From Malacoraja senta (Eukaryota): a stretch of DNA of 64,000 bases. The stretch covers positions 62,001-126,000 of the forward strand of contig JAXLNO010000342.1 in NCBI GenBank assembly GCA_038087875.1. Reading direction: 5' to 3'. Within the stretch, counting starts at the first letter, position 1. Each line of letters opens with the position of its first letter. Made by a program: the position numbers and the translations under genes. Of the stretch, positions 1 to 10,149 are shown in pieces. The notes beneath the pieces were generated by a model. It worked only from the letters and a program-made list of their open reading frames with translations, made no database searches and was not told the DNA's origin.

Positions 1-1757
1 GTTGTACAGGGCTCTGGTGAGACCACATCTGGAGTATGTGTCCAGTATAGGAGTATAGAGGTCCTTCTGCAGTTGTACAGGAGGGCTTTGGTGAGACCAC
101 ATCTGGAGTATGTGTCCAGTATAGCAGTATAGAGGTACTTCTGCAGTTGTATAGGGCTCTGGTGAGACCACAACTGCAGTATGCGTCCAGTATAGGAGTA
201 TAGAGGTCCTTCTGCAGTTGTACAGGAGGGCTCTGGGGAGATCACAACTGGAGTATGTGTCCAGTATAGGAGTATAGAGGTCCTTCTGCAGTTGTACAGG
301 GCTCTGGTGAGACCACAACTGCAGTATGTGTCCAGTATAGGAGTATAGAGGTCCTTCTGCAGTTGTACAGGAGGGCTCTGGTGAGACCACATCTGGAGTA
401 TGTGTCGAGTATAGGAGTACAGAGGTCCTTCTGCAGTTGTACAGGAGGGCTCTGGTGAGACCACATCTGCAGTATGCGTCGAGTATAGGAGTATAGAGGT
501 CCTTCTGCAGTTGTACAGGAGGGCTCTGGGGAGACCACAACTGGAGTATGTGTCCAGTATAGGAGCATAGAGGTCCTTCTGCAGTTGTACAGGGCTCTGG
601 TGAGACCACAACTGCAGTATGTGTCCAGTATAGGAGTATAGAGATCCTTCTGCAGTTGTACAGGAGGGCTCTGGTGAGACCACATCTGGAGTATGTGTCC
701 AGTATAGGAGTAGAGAAGTCCTTCTGCAGTTGTACAGGAGGGCTCTGGTGAGACCACATCTGGAGTATGTGTCCAGTATAGGAGTATAGAGGTCCTTCTG
801 CGTTGTAGAGGAGGGCTCTGCTGAGACCACATCTGGAGTATGTGTCCAGTATAAGAGTATAGAGGTCCTTCTGCAGTTGTACAGGAGGGCTCTGGTGAGA
901 TCACATCTGGAGTAGGTGTCCAGTATAGGAGTATAGAGGTCCTTCTGCAGTTGTACAGGAGGGCTCTGGTGAGACCACATCTGGAGTATGTGTCCAGTAT
1001 AGGAGTATAGAGGTCCTTCTGCATTTGTACATGGCTCTGGTGAGACCACATCTGGAGTATGTGTCCAGTATAGGAGTTATAGAGGTCCTTCTGCAGTTGT
1101 ACAGGAGGGCTCTGGTGAGACCACATCTGGAGTATGTGTCCAGTATAAGAGTATAGAGGTCCTTCTGCAGTTGTACAGGAGGGCTCTGGTGAGATCACAT
1201 CTGGAGTAGGTGTCCAGTATAGGAGTATAGAGGTCCTTCTCCAGTTGTACAGGAGGGCTCTGGTGAGACCACATCTGCAGTATGTGTCCAGTATAGGTGT
1301 ACATAGGTCCTTCTGCAGTTGTACAGGAGGGCTCTGGTGAGACCACATCTGGAGTATGTGTCCAGTATAGGAGTATAGAGGTCCTTCTGCAGTTGTACAT
1401 GGCTCTGGTGAGACCACCATCTGGAGTATGTGTCCAGTATAGGAGTATAGAGGTCCTGCAGTTGTACAGGGCTCTGGTGAGACCACATCCGGAGTATGTG
1501 TCCAGTATAGGAGTATAGAGGTCCTTCTGCAGTTGTACAGGAGGGCTCTGGTGAGACCACATCTGGAGTATGTGTCCAGTATATGAGTATAGAGGTCCTG
1601 CAGTTGTACAGGGCTCTGGTGAGACCACATCTGGAGTATGTGTCCAGTATAGGAGTATAGAGGTCCTTCTGCAGTTGTACAGGAGGGCTCTGATGAGACC
1701 ACATCTGGAGTATGTGTCCAGTATAGCAGTAAATTGGTTCTTCTGCAGTTGTACAGG
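1..1757 (+). repeat. Tandem satellite, 71/74-bp unit (about 24 copies, runs off the left edge), derived from CR1 ORF2
   Basis: Unit GAGGTCCTTCTGCAGTTGTACAG(GAG)GGCTCTGGTGAGACCACATCTGGAGTATGTGTCCAGTATAGGAGTATA; GTTGTA recurs at 1, 72 and 146. It matches the CR1 segment at about 3820-3890 (YRSREVLLQLYRVLERPHLEY). The long ORFs over it are repeat artefacts. Confidence 0.95.
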
Positions 1758-1759
1758 GC

Positions 1760-2170
1760 AAGAGCAGAACTCGCTATCAAAACATGGAGGGGACGGGGAA
1801 CACGATTTTTGGACGGCCGCGCGCGCATGCGCACACTCACACACACACATGCGCGCGAGGCTTCGGAAGCTCAATCCAGCGCTAAAATGCAGCTCAACAC
1901 TGCCTGTCTCACCGGGTTAACTATAGCCCTGCCTGGACTGACGGGACACCAGCGCTGCTTCTCCGCGCTGGCCCATATTTTCCGCAAGTCCAGGCAGATT
2001 CACCTGGCGGGACAGGCAGAGTGAGCTGGGTTTAGGGCTGTTTCTCTGCGCTGGCTGTGGGCCTGGGGGTACAGCTCGCGTCTGACTGCCGACCTCTCTG
2101 GCCACCCGTGGGGGGGGGGGGGGGACGGGACAGCGCCGGAGAGCCGGCCGGGATTGATCCTGCCTGCGGA
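1760..2170. promoter_or_regulatory. GC/CpG-rich island with an NRF1-like palindrome
   Basis: High CpG density; GCGCATGCGC at 1823-1832; inverted CGCGCGCATG...CATGCGCGCG around a (CA)n run. No linked gene identified. Confidence 0.3.
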
Positions 2171-2552
2171 TGAGGAGCAGGTCTGTGCCACGTCTCCCTC
2201 CTCTAATCGCCGCGTTCTATCCTCAGTCCCACCCTCTTCCCCCACTCCTCCCTCCTCCAATAATCGCGCCCTCGATCATCAGTCCCACCCCCACTGTCTC
2301 GTGGAAAGTGGGGGGGATGTCCTCCACCTCTCAAAACATGGGGGGTGGGGCATGTCCCCTCTGGCCCCACCCCCCCCCCCAGGTTTTCCGCCCCTGCCAC
2401 AGGCCTCTGGTGAGACCACATCTGGAGTTATAGGGGGTGTGCATATAAGGTCACCGGGTCAAAGGGCTTGATGAAAGGAACCGCTCAATCTCCAGGTGTG
2501 GTCTCACCAAGACCCTGTACACCTGCAGTTGAACCTCCCTGCTCCTGTACTT

Positions 2553-4407
2553 ACAGGAAAAGAGATTATGAAAGAAAACTGGCAGGGAACATAAAAACTG
2601 ACTGCAAAAGTTTTTATAGATATGTGAAGAGAAAAAGAGAAAACAAATGTAGGTCCCTTGCAGTCAGAAACAGGTGAATTGATCATGGGGAACAAGGAGA
2701 TAGACCAATTGAATAACTACTTTGGTTCTCTCTTCACTAAGGATGACTTAATTAATCTGCCAGAAATAGCAGGGGACCGGGGGTCAAATGAGATGGAGGA
2801 ACTGAGTGAAATCCAGGTTAGCTGGGAAGTGGTGTTAGGTAAATTGAATGGATTAAAGGCCGATAAATCCCCAGGGATAGATAGGGCATCCTAGAGTACT
2901 TAAGAAGTAGACCCCAGAAGGATGCATTAGTGATAATTTTCAAAACTCTTTAGATTCTGGAGTAGTTCCTGAGGATTGGAGGGTAGCTAATGTAACCCCA
3001 CTTTTTAAAACAGGGAGGGAGAGAAAATGGGGAATTACAGACCAGTTAGTCTAACATCGGTAGTGGGGAAACTGCTAGTCAGTTATTAAAGATGGGATAG
3101 CAGCACATTTGGAAAATGGTGAAATCATTGGACAAAGTCAGCATGGATTTATGAAAGGTAAATCATGTCTGACGAATCTTATAGAATTTTTCGAGGATGT
3201 AACTAGCAGAGTGGATAAGGGAGAACCAGTGGATGTGTTATATCTGGACTTTCAGAAGGCTTTCGACAAGGTCCCACATAAGAGATTAGTATGCAAACTT
3301 AAAGCACACGGTATTGGGGGTTCAGTATTGATGTGGATAGAGAACTGGCTGGCAGACAGGAAGCAAAGACTAGGAGTAAACGGGTCCTTTTCAGAATGGC
3401 AGGCAGTGACTAGTGGGGTACCGCAAGGCTCAGTGCTGGGACCCCAGCTATTTACAATATATATTAATGATTTGGACGAGGGAATTGAATGCAACATCTC
3501 CAAGTTTGCGGATGACACGAAGCTGGAGGGCAGTGTTAGCTGTGAGGAGGGTGCTAGGAGGCTGCAAGATGACTTGGATAGGCTGGGTGAGTGGGCAAAT
3601 GCATGGCAGATGCAGTATAATGTGGATAAATGTGAGGTTATCCACTTTGGTGGCAAAAACAGGAAAGTAGACTATTACCTGAATGGTGGCCGATTAGGAA
3701 AAGGGGAGATGCAACGAGACCTGGGTGTCATGGTACACCAGTCATTGAAAGTAGGCATGCAGGTGCAGCAGGCAGTGAAGAAAGCGAATGGTATGCGAGC
3801 ATTCATAGCAAAAGGATTTGAGTATAGGAGCAGGGAGGTTCTACTTCAGTTGTACAGGGTCTTGGAGAGACCACACCTGGAGTATTGCGTACAGTTTTGT
3901 TCTCCTAATCTGTGGGAGGACATTATTGCCATAGAGGGAGTACAGAGAAGGTTCACCAGACTGATTCCTGGGATGTCAGGACTTTCATATGAAGAAAGAC
4001 TGGATAGACTCGGCTTGTACTCGCTAGAATTTAGAAGATTGAGGGGGGATCTTATAGAAACTTACAAAATTCTTAAGTGGTTGGACAGGCTAGATGCAGG
4101 AAGATTGTTCCCGATGTTGGGGAAGTCCAGAACAAGGGGTCACAGTTTAAGGATAAAGGGGAAATCTTTTAGGACTGAGAAGAGAAAAACATTTTTTACA
4201 CAGAGAGTGGTGAATCTCTGGAATTCTCTGCCACAGAATGTAGTTGAGGCCATTTCATTGGCTATATTTAAGAGGGAGTTAGATGTGGCCCTTGTGGCTA
4301 AAGGGGGTATGGAGAGAAAGCAGGTACAGGATACTGAGTTGGATGATCAGCCATGATCATATTGAATGGCCTACTCCTGCACCTATTTGCTATGTTTCTA
4401 TGTTTCT
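2553..4407 (+). mobile_element. 5'-truncated CR1 LINE (RT and C-terminal part of ORF2)
   Basis: ORF 3109-4356 with QHGF..GKSCLTNL, YLDFQKAFDKVPH, GVPQGSVLGP and KFADD; 3' tail CTATGTTTCTATGTTTCTA. Confidence 0.95.
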
Positions 4408-4469
4408 AATCCATGTGGAGGACATCGCAGCTTCCGGTATATGTTATTAATGCAAGAAACGCGTACTTT

Positions 4470-5232
4470 CCTACCTGTTAAAAAACGCCAAATTGTTCAA
4501 TGTTTGCGCTGTAAAAAATAGTGGAAGCCGGGATAAGTGTGAGAGACATGTAGCCAACTTCAGAATTCCAAAAGTGAAGCGAAATGAAGGTAAAGAGAAG
4601 CGAGAGCTGAAGGGACAACAACAGCTAAAGTACTTGGCGAACATTGGCCGTGCAGATATCGAGATTGAAAACATTGGGAATTATCGCTTTTGCTCGCTGC
4701 ATTTCATCAACAGTAAGGCATTATTTGTGTTTTTTCTTGATTCCTTTGGTGTCTAAAAAGTCTCAGAAGTGATAAATCTGGTTGTAAATTTTGCTTCAGA
4801 GGCGTTTTCTTTTTGTATGTAAAAACCCACTTGAGAACCATGGGCGAGTTTAAAATTTTACAGCCAGATTTATCCCTTCTGAAACTTTTTAAATGCCAAA
4901 GGAATCAAGAAAAAAACACAAATAATTCCTTAGTTGATGAAATGCAGTGAGCAAACGGCCAATGTTCACCAAGCACTTTAGCTGTTGTTGTCCCTTCAGC
5001 TCTCGCTTCTATCTACCGTCATTTCTCCTCACTTTTGGAATTCTGAAGTAGGATAAATGTCTCTCACACTTATCCCGATTTCCATAATTATTTACAGCGC
5101 GAAAATTGACCATTTCGGCGTGTTTTATCAGGCCCGCTACGCTGGAAACAATGGTCAGTGCTTACCTGCAGTTCATCGCGTGTACTCCACTTGGCGTAGC
5201 GTAGCAACAGTATGGGTCACGGGTCGTGACCC
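4470..5232. mobile_element. Palindromic (foldback) non-autonomous DNA element derived from a THAP-domain transposase exon
   Basis: About 4500-4795 is the reverse complement of about 4855-5110. The arms translate to MVNF.AV...RDK...FRIPKV...ANIGR...FCSLHF followed by GTAAG (THAP-like signature). Confidence 0.7.
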
Positions 5233-5235
5233 GAC

Positions 5236-5856
5236 TGCCGTGAAACCTCCCTAAGTGTACAGTTTTGGTCTCCTAATTGGAGGAAGGACATCCTTGTGAT
5301 TGAGGCGGTGCAGCGTAGGTTCACGAGATTGATCCCTGGGATGGCGGGACTGTCATATGAGGAAAGATTGAAAAGACTAGGCTTGTATTCACTGGAGTTT
5401 AGAAGGATGAGGGGGGGTTTTATAGAAACATATAAAATTATAAAAAGACTGGACAAGCTAGATGCAGGAAAAATGTTCCCAATGTTGGGCGAGTCCAGAA
5501 CCAGGGGCCACAGTTTTAGAATAAAGGGGAGGCCATTTAAGACTGAGGTGAGAAAAAACGTTTCCACCCAGAGAGTTGTGAATTTGTGGCCATTTGGGAC
5601 TGAGATGAGGAGAAACATTTCCACCCAGAGAGTTGTGAATTTGTGGAATTCCCTGCCACAGAGGGCAGTGGAGGCCAAGTCACTGGATGGATTTAAGAGA
5701 GAGTTAGATAGAGCTCTAGGGGCTAGTGGAGTCAAGGGATATGGGGAGAAGGCAGGCAATGGTTATTGATTGGGGACGATCAGCCATGATCATAATGAAT
5801 GGCGGTGCTGGCTCGAAGGGACGAATGGCCTCCTCCTGCACCTATTGTCTATGTTT
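5236..5856 (+). mobile_element. CR1 3' fragment with a ~57-bp internal tandem duplication
   Basis: ORF 5296-5769 (VQRRFTRLIPGM..LSYEERL); duplicated TQRVVNLW; CR1 3' UTR. Confidence 0.9.
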
Positions 5857-6369
5857 TAGAGGGACATCCCGCTCCCGACCGCCCTGATTTGACGACGCAG
5901 TGACCACTGACCGCTCATCCCCCCCCCCCACACAGGCCACGTTCCACTACAAGACCCTGCGCTATATAGAGGGGGAGGTTCCCGAGTTCACCTGTAACAC
6001 ACGGGAGGGAATCCCCCGTACCCCCCCTACACCCACATACCCCTCCTGGGGCTACCATTGTGTTACATACGTTGAATTGAACATCACTTTCACTGGTTAG
6101 CTGATACACTGAACACTGCAACCCTGTATACCCCGCACACAGAATAATGTGAGTTCTGTAAATCTTACTATGCATGTCAGAAATAAAGTGTTAACCATGT
6201 TAATGGATTGCTATTATGAATTATTTAAAATTGAGTGGGTTGGTGCAACATTGGTGCCATATGCTGCTAATGTGTCGTTATCAGATATTCAGTGTTAAAA
6301 AGAGAAATAAATCACAATAAAAGCGAAAAGATGTTCCTTCCACAGCGTGCGGGGAGTCTGGCCCGGATC

Positions 6370-7108
6370 AGGAGAAGGGGAGATGCAATGAGACCTGGGT
6401 GTCATGGTACACCATTCACTAAAAGTAGGCATGCAGGTGCAGCAGGCAGTGAAGAAGGCGAATGGTATGTTAGCATTCATAGGAAAAGGATTTGAGTATA
6501 GGAGCAGGGAGGTCCTACTCCAGTTGTACAGGGTATTGGTGAGACCACACCTGGAGTATTGCATACAGTTTGGTCTCCTAATCTGAGGAAAGACATTCTT
6601 GCCATAGAGTGAGTACAGAGAAGGTTCACCAGACTGATTCCTGGGATGTCAGGACTTTCATATGAAGAAAGACTGGATAGACGCGGTTTGTACTCGCTAG
6701 AATTTAGAAGATTGAGGGGGGATCTTATAGAAATGTACAAAATTCTTAAGGGGTTGGACAGGCTAGAGACAGGAAGATTGTTCCCGATGTTGGGGAAGTC
6801 CAGAACAAGGAGTCACAGTTTAAGGATTAGGGGGAAATCTTTTAGGACCGAGATGAGGAAAACATTTTTCACACGGAGAGTGGTGAATCTGTGGAATGCT
6901 CTGCCACAGAAGGTAGTTGAGGCCCGTTCATTGGCTATATTTAAGAGGGAGTTAGATGTGGCCCTTGTGGCTAAAGGGATCAGGGGGTATGGAGGAAAAG
7001 CAGGTACAGGATACTGAGTTGGATGATCAGCCATGATCATATCGAATGGCGGTGCAGGCTCGAAGGGCCGAATGGCCTACTCCTGCACCTATTTTCTATG
7101 CTTCTATG
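6370..7108 (+). mobile_element. CR1 3' fragment
   Basis: ORFs 6404-6586 and 6646-7017 match CR1 ORF2 C-terminus; TTTTCTATGCTTCTATG tail. Confidence 0.9.
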
Positions 7109-7934
7109 AGCACGGCCGAGACACCAGAGTGAAGTTGCGGGGCGGTTTACAATGTTTTTTTATTTAATGTTGTCCCGTGTCTAGTCTGAAATAAAGTTCA
7201 TCATTGGATATAAAATTGGAAGAAATGTAAATGTGTGTGTTATATGAATTATATACATCTATATCACATTCATATATGTGTGTTCTTTCCAGGCACAATC
7301 TAATCAGTTGTATGCTCGCTGAATAAAACCATCCTTAAGTTGTACATCATTTATAAATCTTGCTCAAAACTAATTTAATTTTGTGAAATATTTAAATTAG
7401 ATAACCCCACCATAACAGACAGATCTCATTCCACTCTCTGGCTATTGGGAAGACCAGACCCATTTTATTGTTGAGAAACAACTCCATAGACACAAAAACA
7501 TTAAGGAACATTCCAGGGCTAGAGCAACTGGAATCTTCATATTGCCATTATTTTGCCAAATACTGCAGTTGTGAACAGTGTGATTAGATGAATGAATTAC
7601 AGAGTGCAAGTGTAATACAAAATCAACTCAAACACAGCACATGAGCCATTTTAAAAGAAATGATTAAAAAAACATTAAAAAAGAAAATTACCAGTCAAAA
7701 TTTATAAACATTTTATTCTTTAACAAGAATTATGAACTAACAGAATTATGAATCTAGCCCTATATCACACACACAAACTGTTCCCCCGCAACGTTGATTA
7801 CACTGCGAGTCGGGTCGGGCCGGGTAGGTTCCGGTTACTGAAATGGACGAACAAAATGCCCACATTCCGCTCCGTTGCATACTACACGTCAGCCCATTGC
7901 ATTTCGCAGGAGTGGCCTATCTATAGGAGCTTTG

Positions 7935-8155
7935 GTAGGTATTACCTGAATTTGGAGAGGTCAATGTTCATACCGCTGGGTTGCAAACTGCCCAAGTGAA
8001 ATATGAGGTGCTGCTCCTCCAATTTGCGGTGGGCCTCAATCTGGCCATGGAGGAGGCCCATGACAGAAAGGTAGGATTCAGAATGGGAGGGGGAGTTGAA
8101 GTGTTGAGCCACCGGGAGATCAGGTTTGATTATTGCGAACCAAGCGGAGGTGTTT
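7935..8155 (-). mobile_element. Penelope-like element fragment (GIY-YIG C-terminus)
   Basis: PDLPVAQHFNSPSHS...KLEEQHLIFHLGSLQPSGMNI, the same motif as the end of ORF 49559-51865. Confidence 0.85.
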
Positions 8156-8385
8156 GGTGTGCGTGCGCGTGAGTGTGTGTGTGTGAGAGTGAGTGTGTGT
8201 GTGAGAGAAAGTGTGTGTGAGAGAGCAAGAGAGAGAGGGTGTGTGTGTGAGAGAGAGAGAGAGTGTGAGAGAGATGGAGCGAGAGAGGGAGTGTGAGAGA
8301 GGAGGGGGCACGAGAGGGTGGAGTGGAGAGAATTTGTGTACGAGTGGGGGGAAAGTGTGGGGAGAGGGGAGAGAGAGGAATGTAT
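8156..8385. repeat. Compound (GT)n/(GA)n microsatellite
   Basis: Direct reading. Confidence 0.95.
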
Positions 8386-8659
8386 ATGTTCAGCTTTAAG
8401 GGACATTGGTCAGGTAGCATTTGCAGCATTGCATACAGTTCTGGTCACTCCATTACAGGACTGATGTGGAGGCTTTGGGTAAGGTGCAGAGATGGTTAAC
8501 CAGAATGGATTAAAAACAAGGAACTGCAGATACTGGTTTACAAAAAAGGACACAAAATGCTGGAGTAACTCAGCGGGACAGGCAGCATCTCTGGAGAGAA
8601 TGGGTGATTGCAGAAATGACCCGATACGTTACCCATTCCTTCCAGCATTTTGTGTCTAC

Positions 8660-8950
8660 CTAAACAGCGCCTATCCACGTGACAGGCTGGAGGAGCGGGC
8701 AAAGGCCTTGCCACAGAGCGGGCAGGTGAAGGGGCGCTGCCCCGATGTGGACTCGCCGGTGCTCCAGCAGGTGGTCAAGGCGGGTGAAGCCCTTACCACA
8801 GAACGGGCAGGGGAAGGGACGCTCACCGCTGTGGGTACGCCGGTGCTGCCACAGGCTGGACATGCTGGTGAAACCCTTGCCAAACTCAGCACACAAAGGT
8901 TCTCTCTCCGGTGTGTATCCGCGGGTGCTCCCGCAGCCCCCATGCTCTCT
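8660..8950 (-). pseudogene. Relict zinc-finger repeats downstream of the stop
   Basis: HSGERPFPCPFCGKGFTRLDHLLEHRRVH and frameshifted neighbours. Confidence 0.7.
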
Positions 8951-8952
8951 TG

Positions 8953-9760
8953 TCACAGTGGGAGCAGCTGCTCGCCGGCGTGGGTCCGCCAGTGCTGCCG
9001 CAACCCCCGCGAGCTGTCAAACTCCTCACCGCAGTATGGGCAGTCGTTGGGCTGGCTACTGGTGTGCACGTGCTAGTGAGACAGGGTGTGGAAGGCCATG
9101 GCAAAGCGTTCCTCACACACCGGGCTGGGGACTGGACGGTCGCCGGTGTTCACCCGCTCGTGGGACAGCAGCTTGCAGGGGGTGGGTGAAGCCCTTGCCG
9201 CACTGGGCGCAGGTGTAGGGTCGCTCGCCGGTGTGCACCCGCTGGTGGGACAGCAGGTGACCGGACTGAGTGAAGCCCTTGCCGCACTGGGTGCAGGTGT
9301 AGGGTGGCTCGCCGGTGTCGGTGCGCTGGTGGGACAGCAGGTTGCCGGAGCGGGTGAAGCCCTTGCCGCAGTCGTTGCAGGTGTAGGGCCGCTGCCCGGT
9401 GTGCAGGCGCCTGTGCTGCTTCAGCTCTGGTAACGACTTGAAGTCTTTGCCGCAGTCGGAGCAGGTGAATGGCCGCTCACTGCCGTGCACCCGCCGGTGC
9501 TGCCGTAGCCCCGACAACCGGACAAAGCTCATGTCGCAGGTAGGGCAGCCATAGGGCTTCTCGCCCGTGTGCACCCGCCAGTGGGTCTTCAGCACAACCG
9601 CCGTCTTGAAGCTCTTGCCGCACTCCGAGCAGTCGAAGGGGCGTCCTCCAGTGTGAACCCGCCGGTGGATCTCCAGCTTGCTCGGGCACTGCCAGGCCTT
9701 GCCACACACGTCGCACTCATAACGCTTCTCCTTATTGTGCCCCATCATGGGGTCCTCCAT
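8953..9760 (-). pseudogene. C2H2 zinc-finger gene (large terminal exon), disrupted
   Basis: Five intact fingers with TGEKPY-type linkers, one His-to-Asp finger, then a +1 shift in the G-run at 9178-9182 and TAG at 9073-9075. The corrected frame ends AGEQLLPL* (TGA 8953-8955). Acceptor CCCCTCCTGCAG with exon start at about 9888. Confidence 0.75.
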
Positions 9761-10149
9761 TGAAGTGCAGCCCCTCGAAGCTCAGCCGCACACCGAGCAG
9801 ATTGGGGGGGGGGCTCACCGGCATCCTGGCCACCCTCAATGGCTGCTCACGTCCCCGTCTCTTCGTCCACAGCAACGGTTCCTAAACCCTGCAGGAGGGG
9901 AACACAGAGGGTCAACAAGCTGGCAAACAGGACATTATGTGCACATATTGGGTGCGTTTATGGTGGAGGAAACCGTTCAAATACGTTCAGGGCTGTAGAT
10001 TAATCGGCCTCCGCAAAATTGTTAAATTGTCCCTAATGTGCGTAGGATAGTGCTAGTGTACGGGGTGATCGCTGGTCGGCACGGACTCCGTGGGCCGAAA
10101 GACCTGTTTTCGCGCTGCATCTCTAAACTAAACTAAACCAAAGGGTCTC

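Noticed and set aside
242-1874. Long ORFs (534 aa and others) over the array, and CRISPR-like periodicity
   Set aside because: They are translations of a tandem repeat with no unique spacers; context is eukaryotic with no cas genes.
5857-6290. Unique-looking GC-patchy segment between CR1 copies
   Set aside because: No termini, ORF or structure that I could support; left unannotated.
8492-9433. Plus-strand ORFs of 90-194 aa
   Set aside because: Antisense shadows of GC-rich zinc-finger codons.
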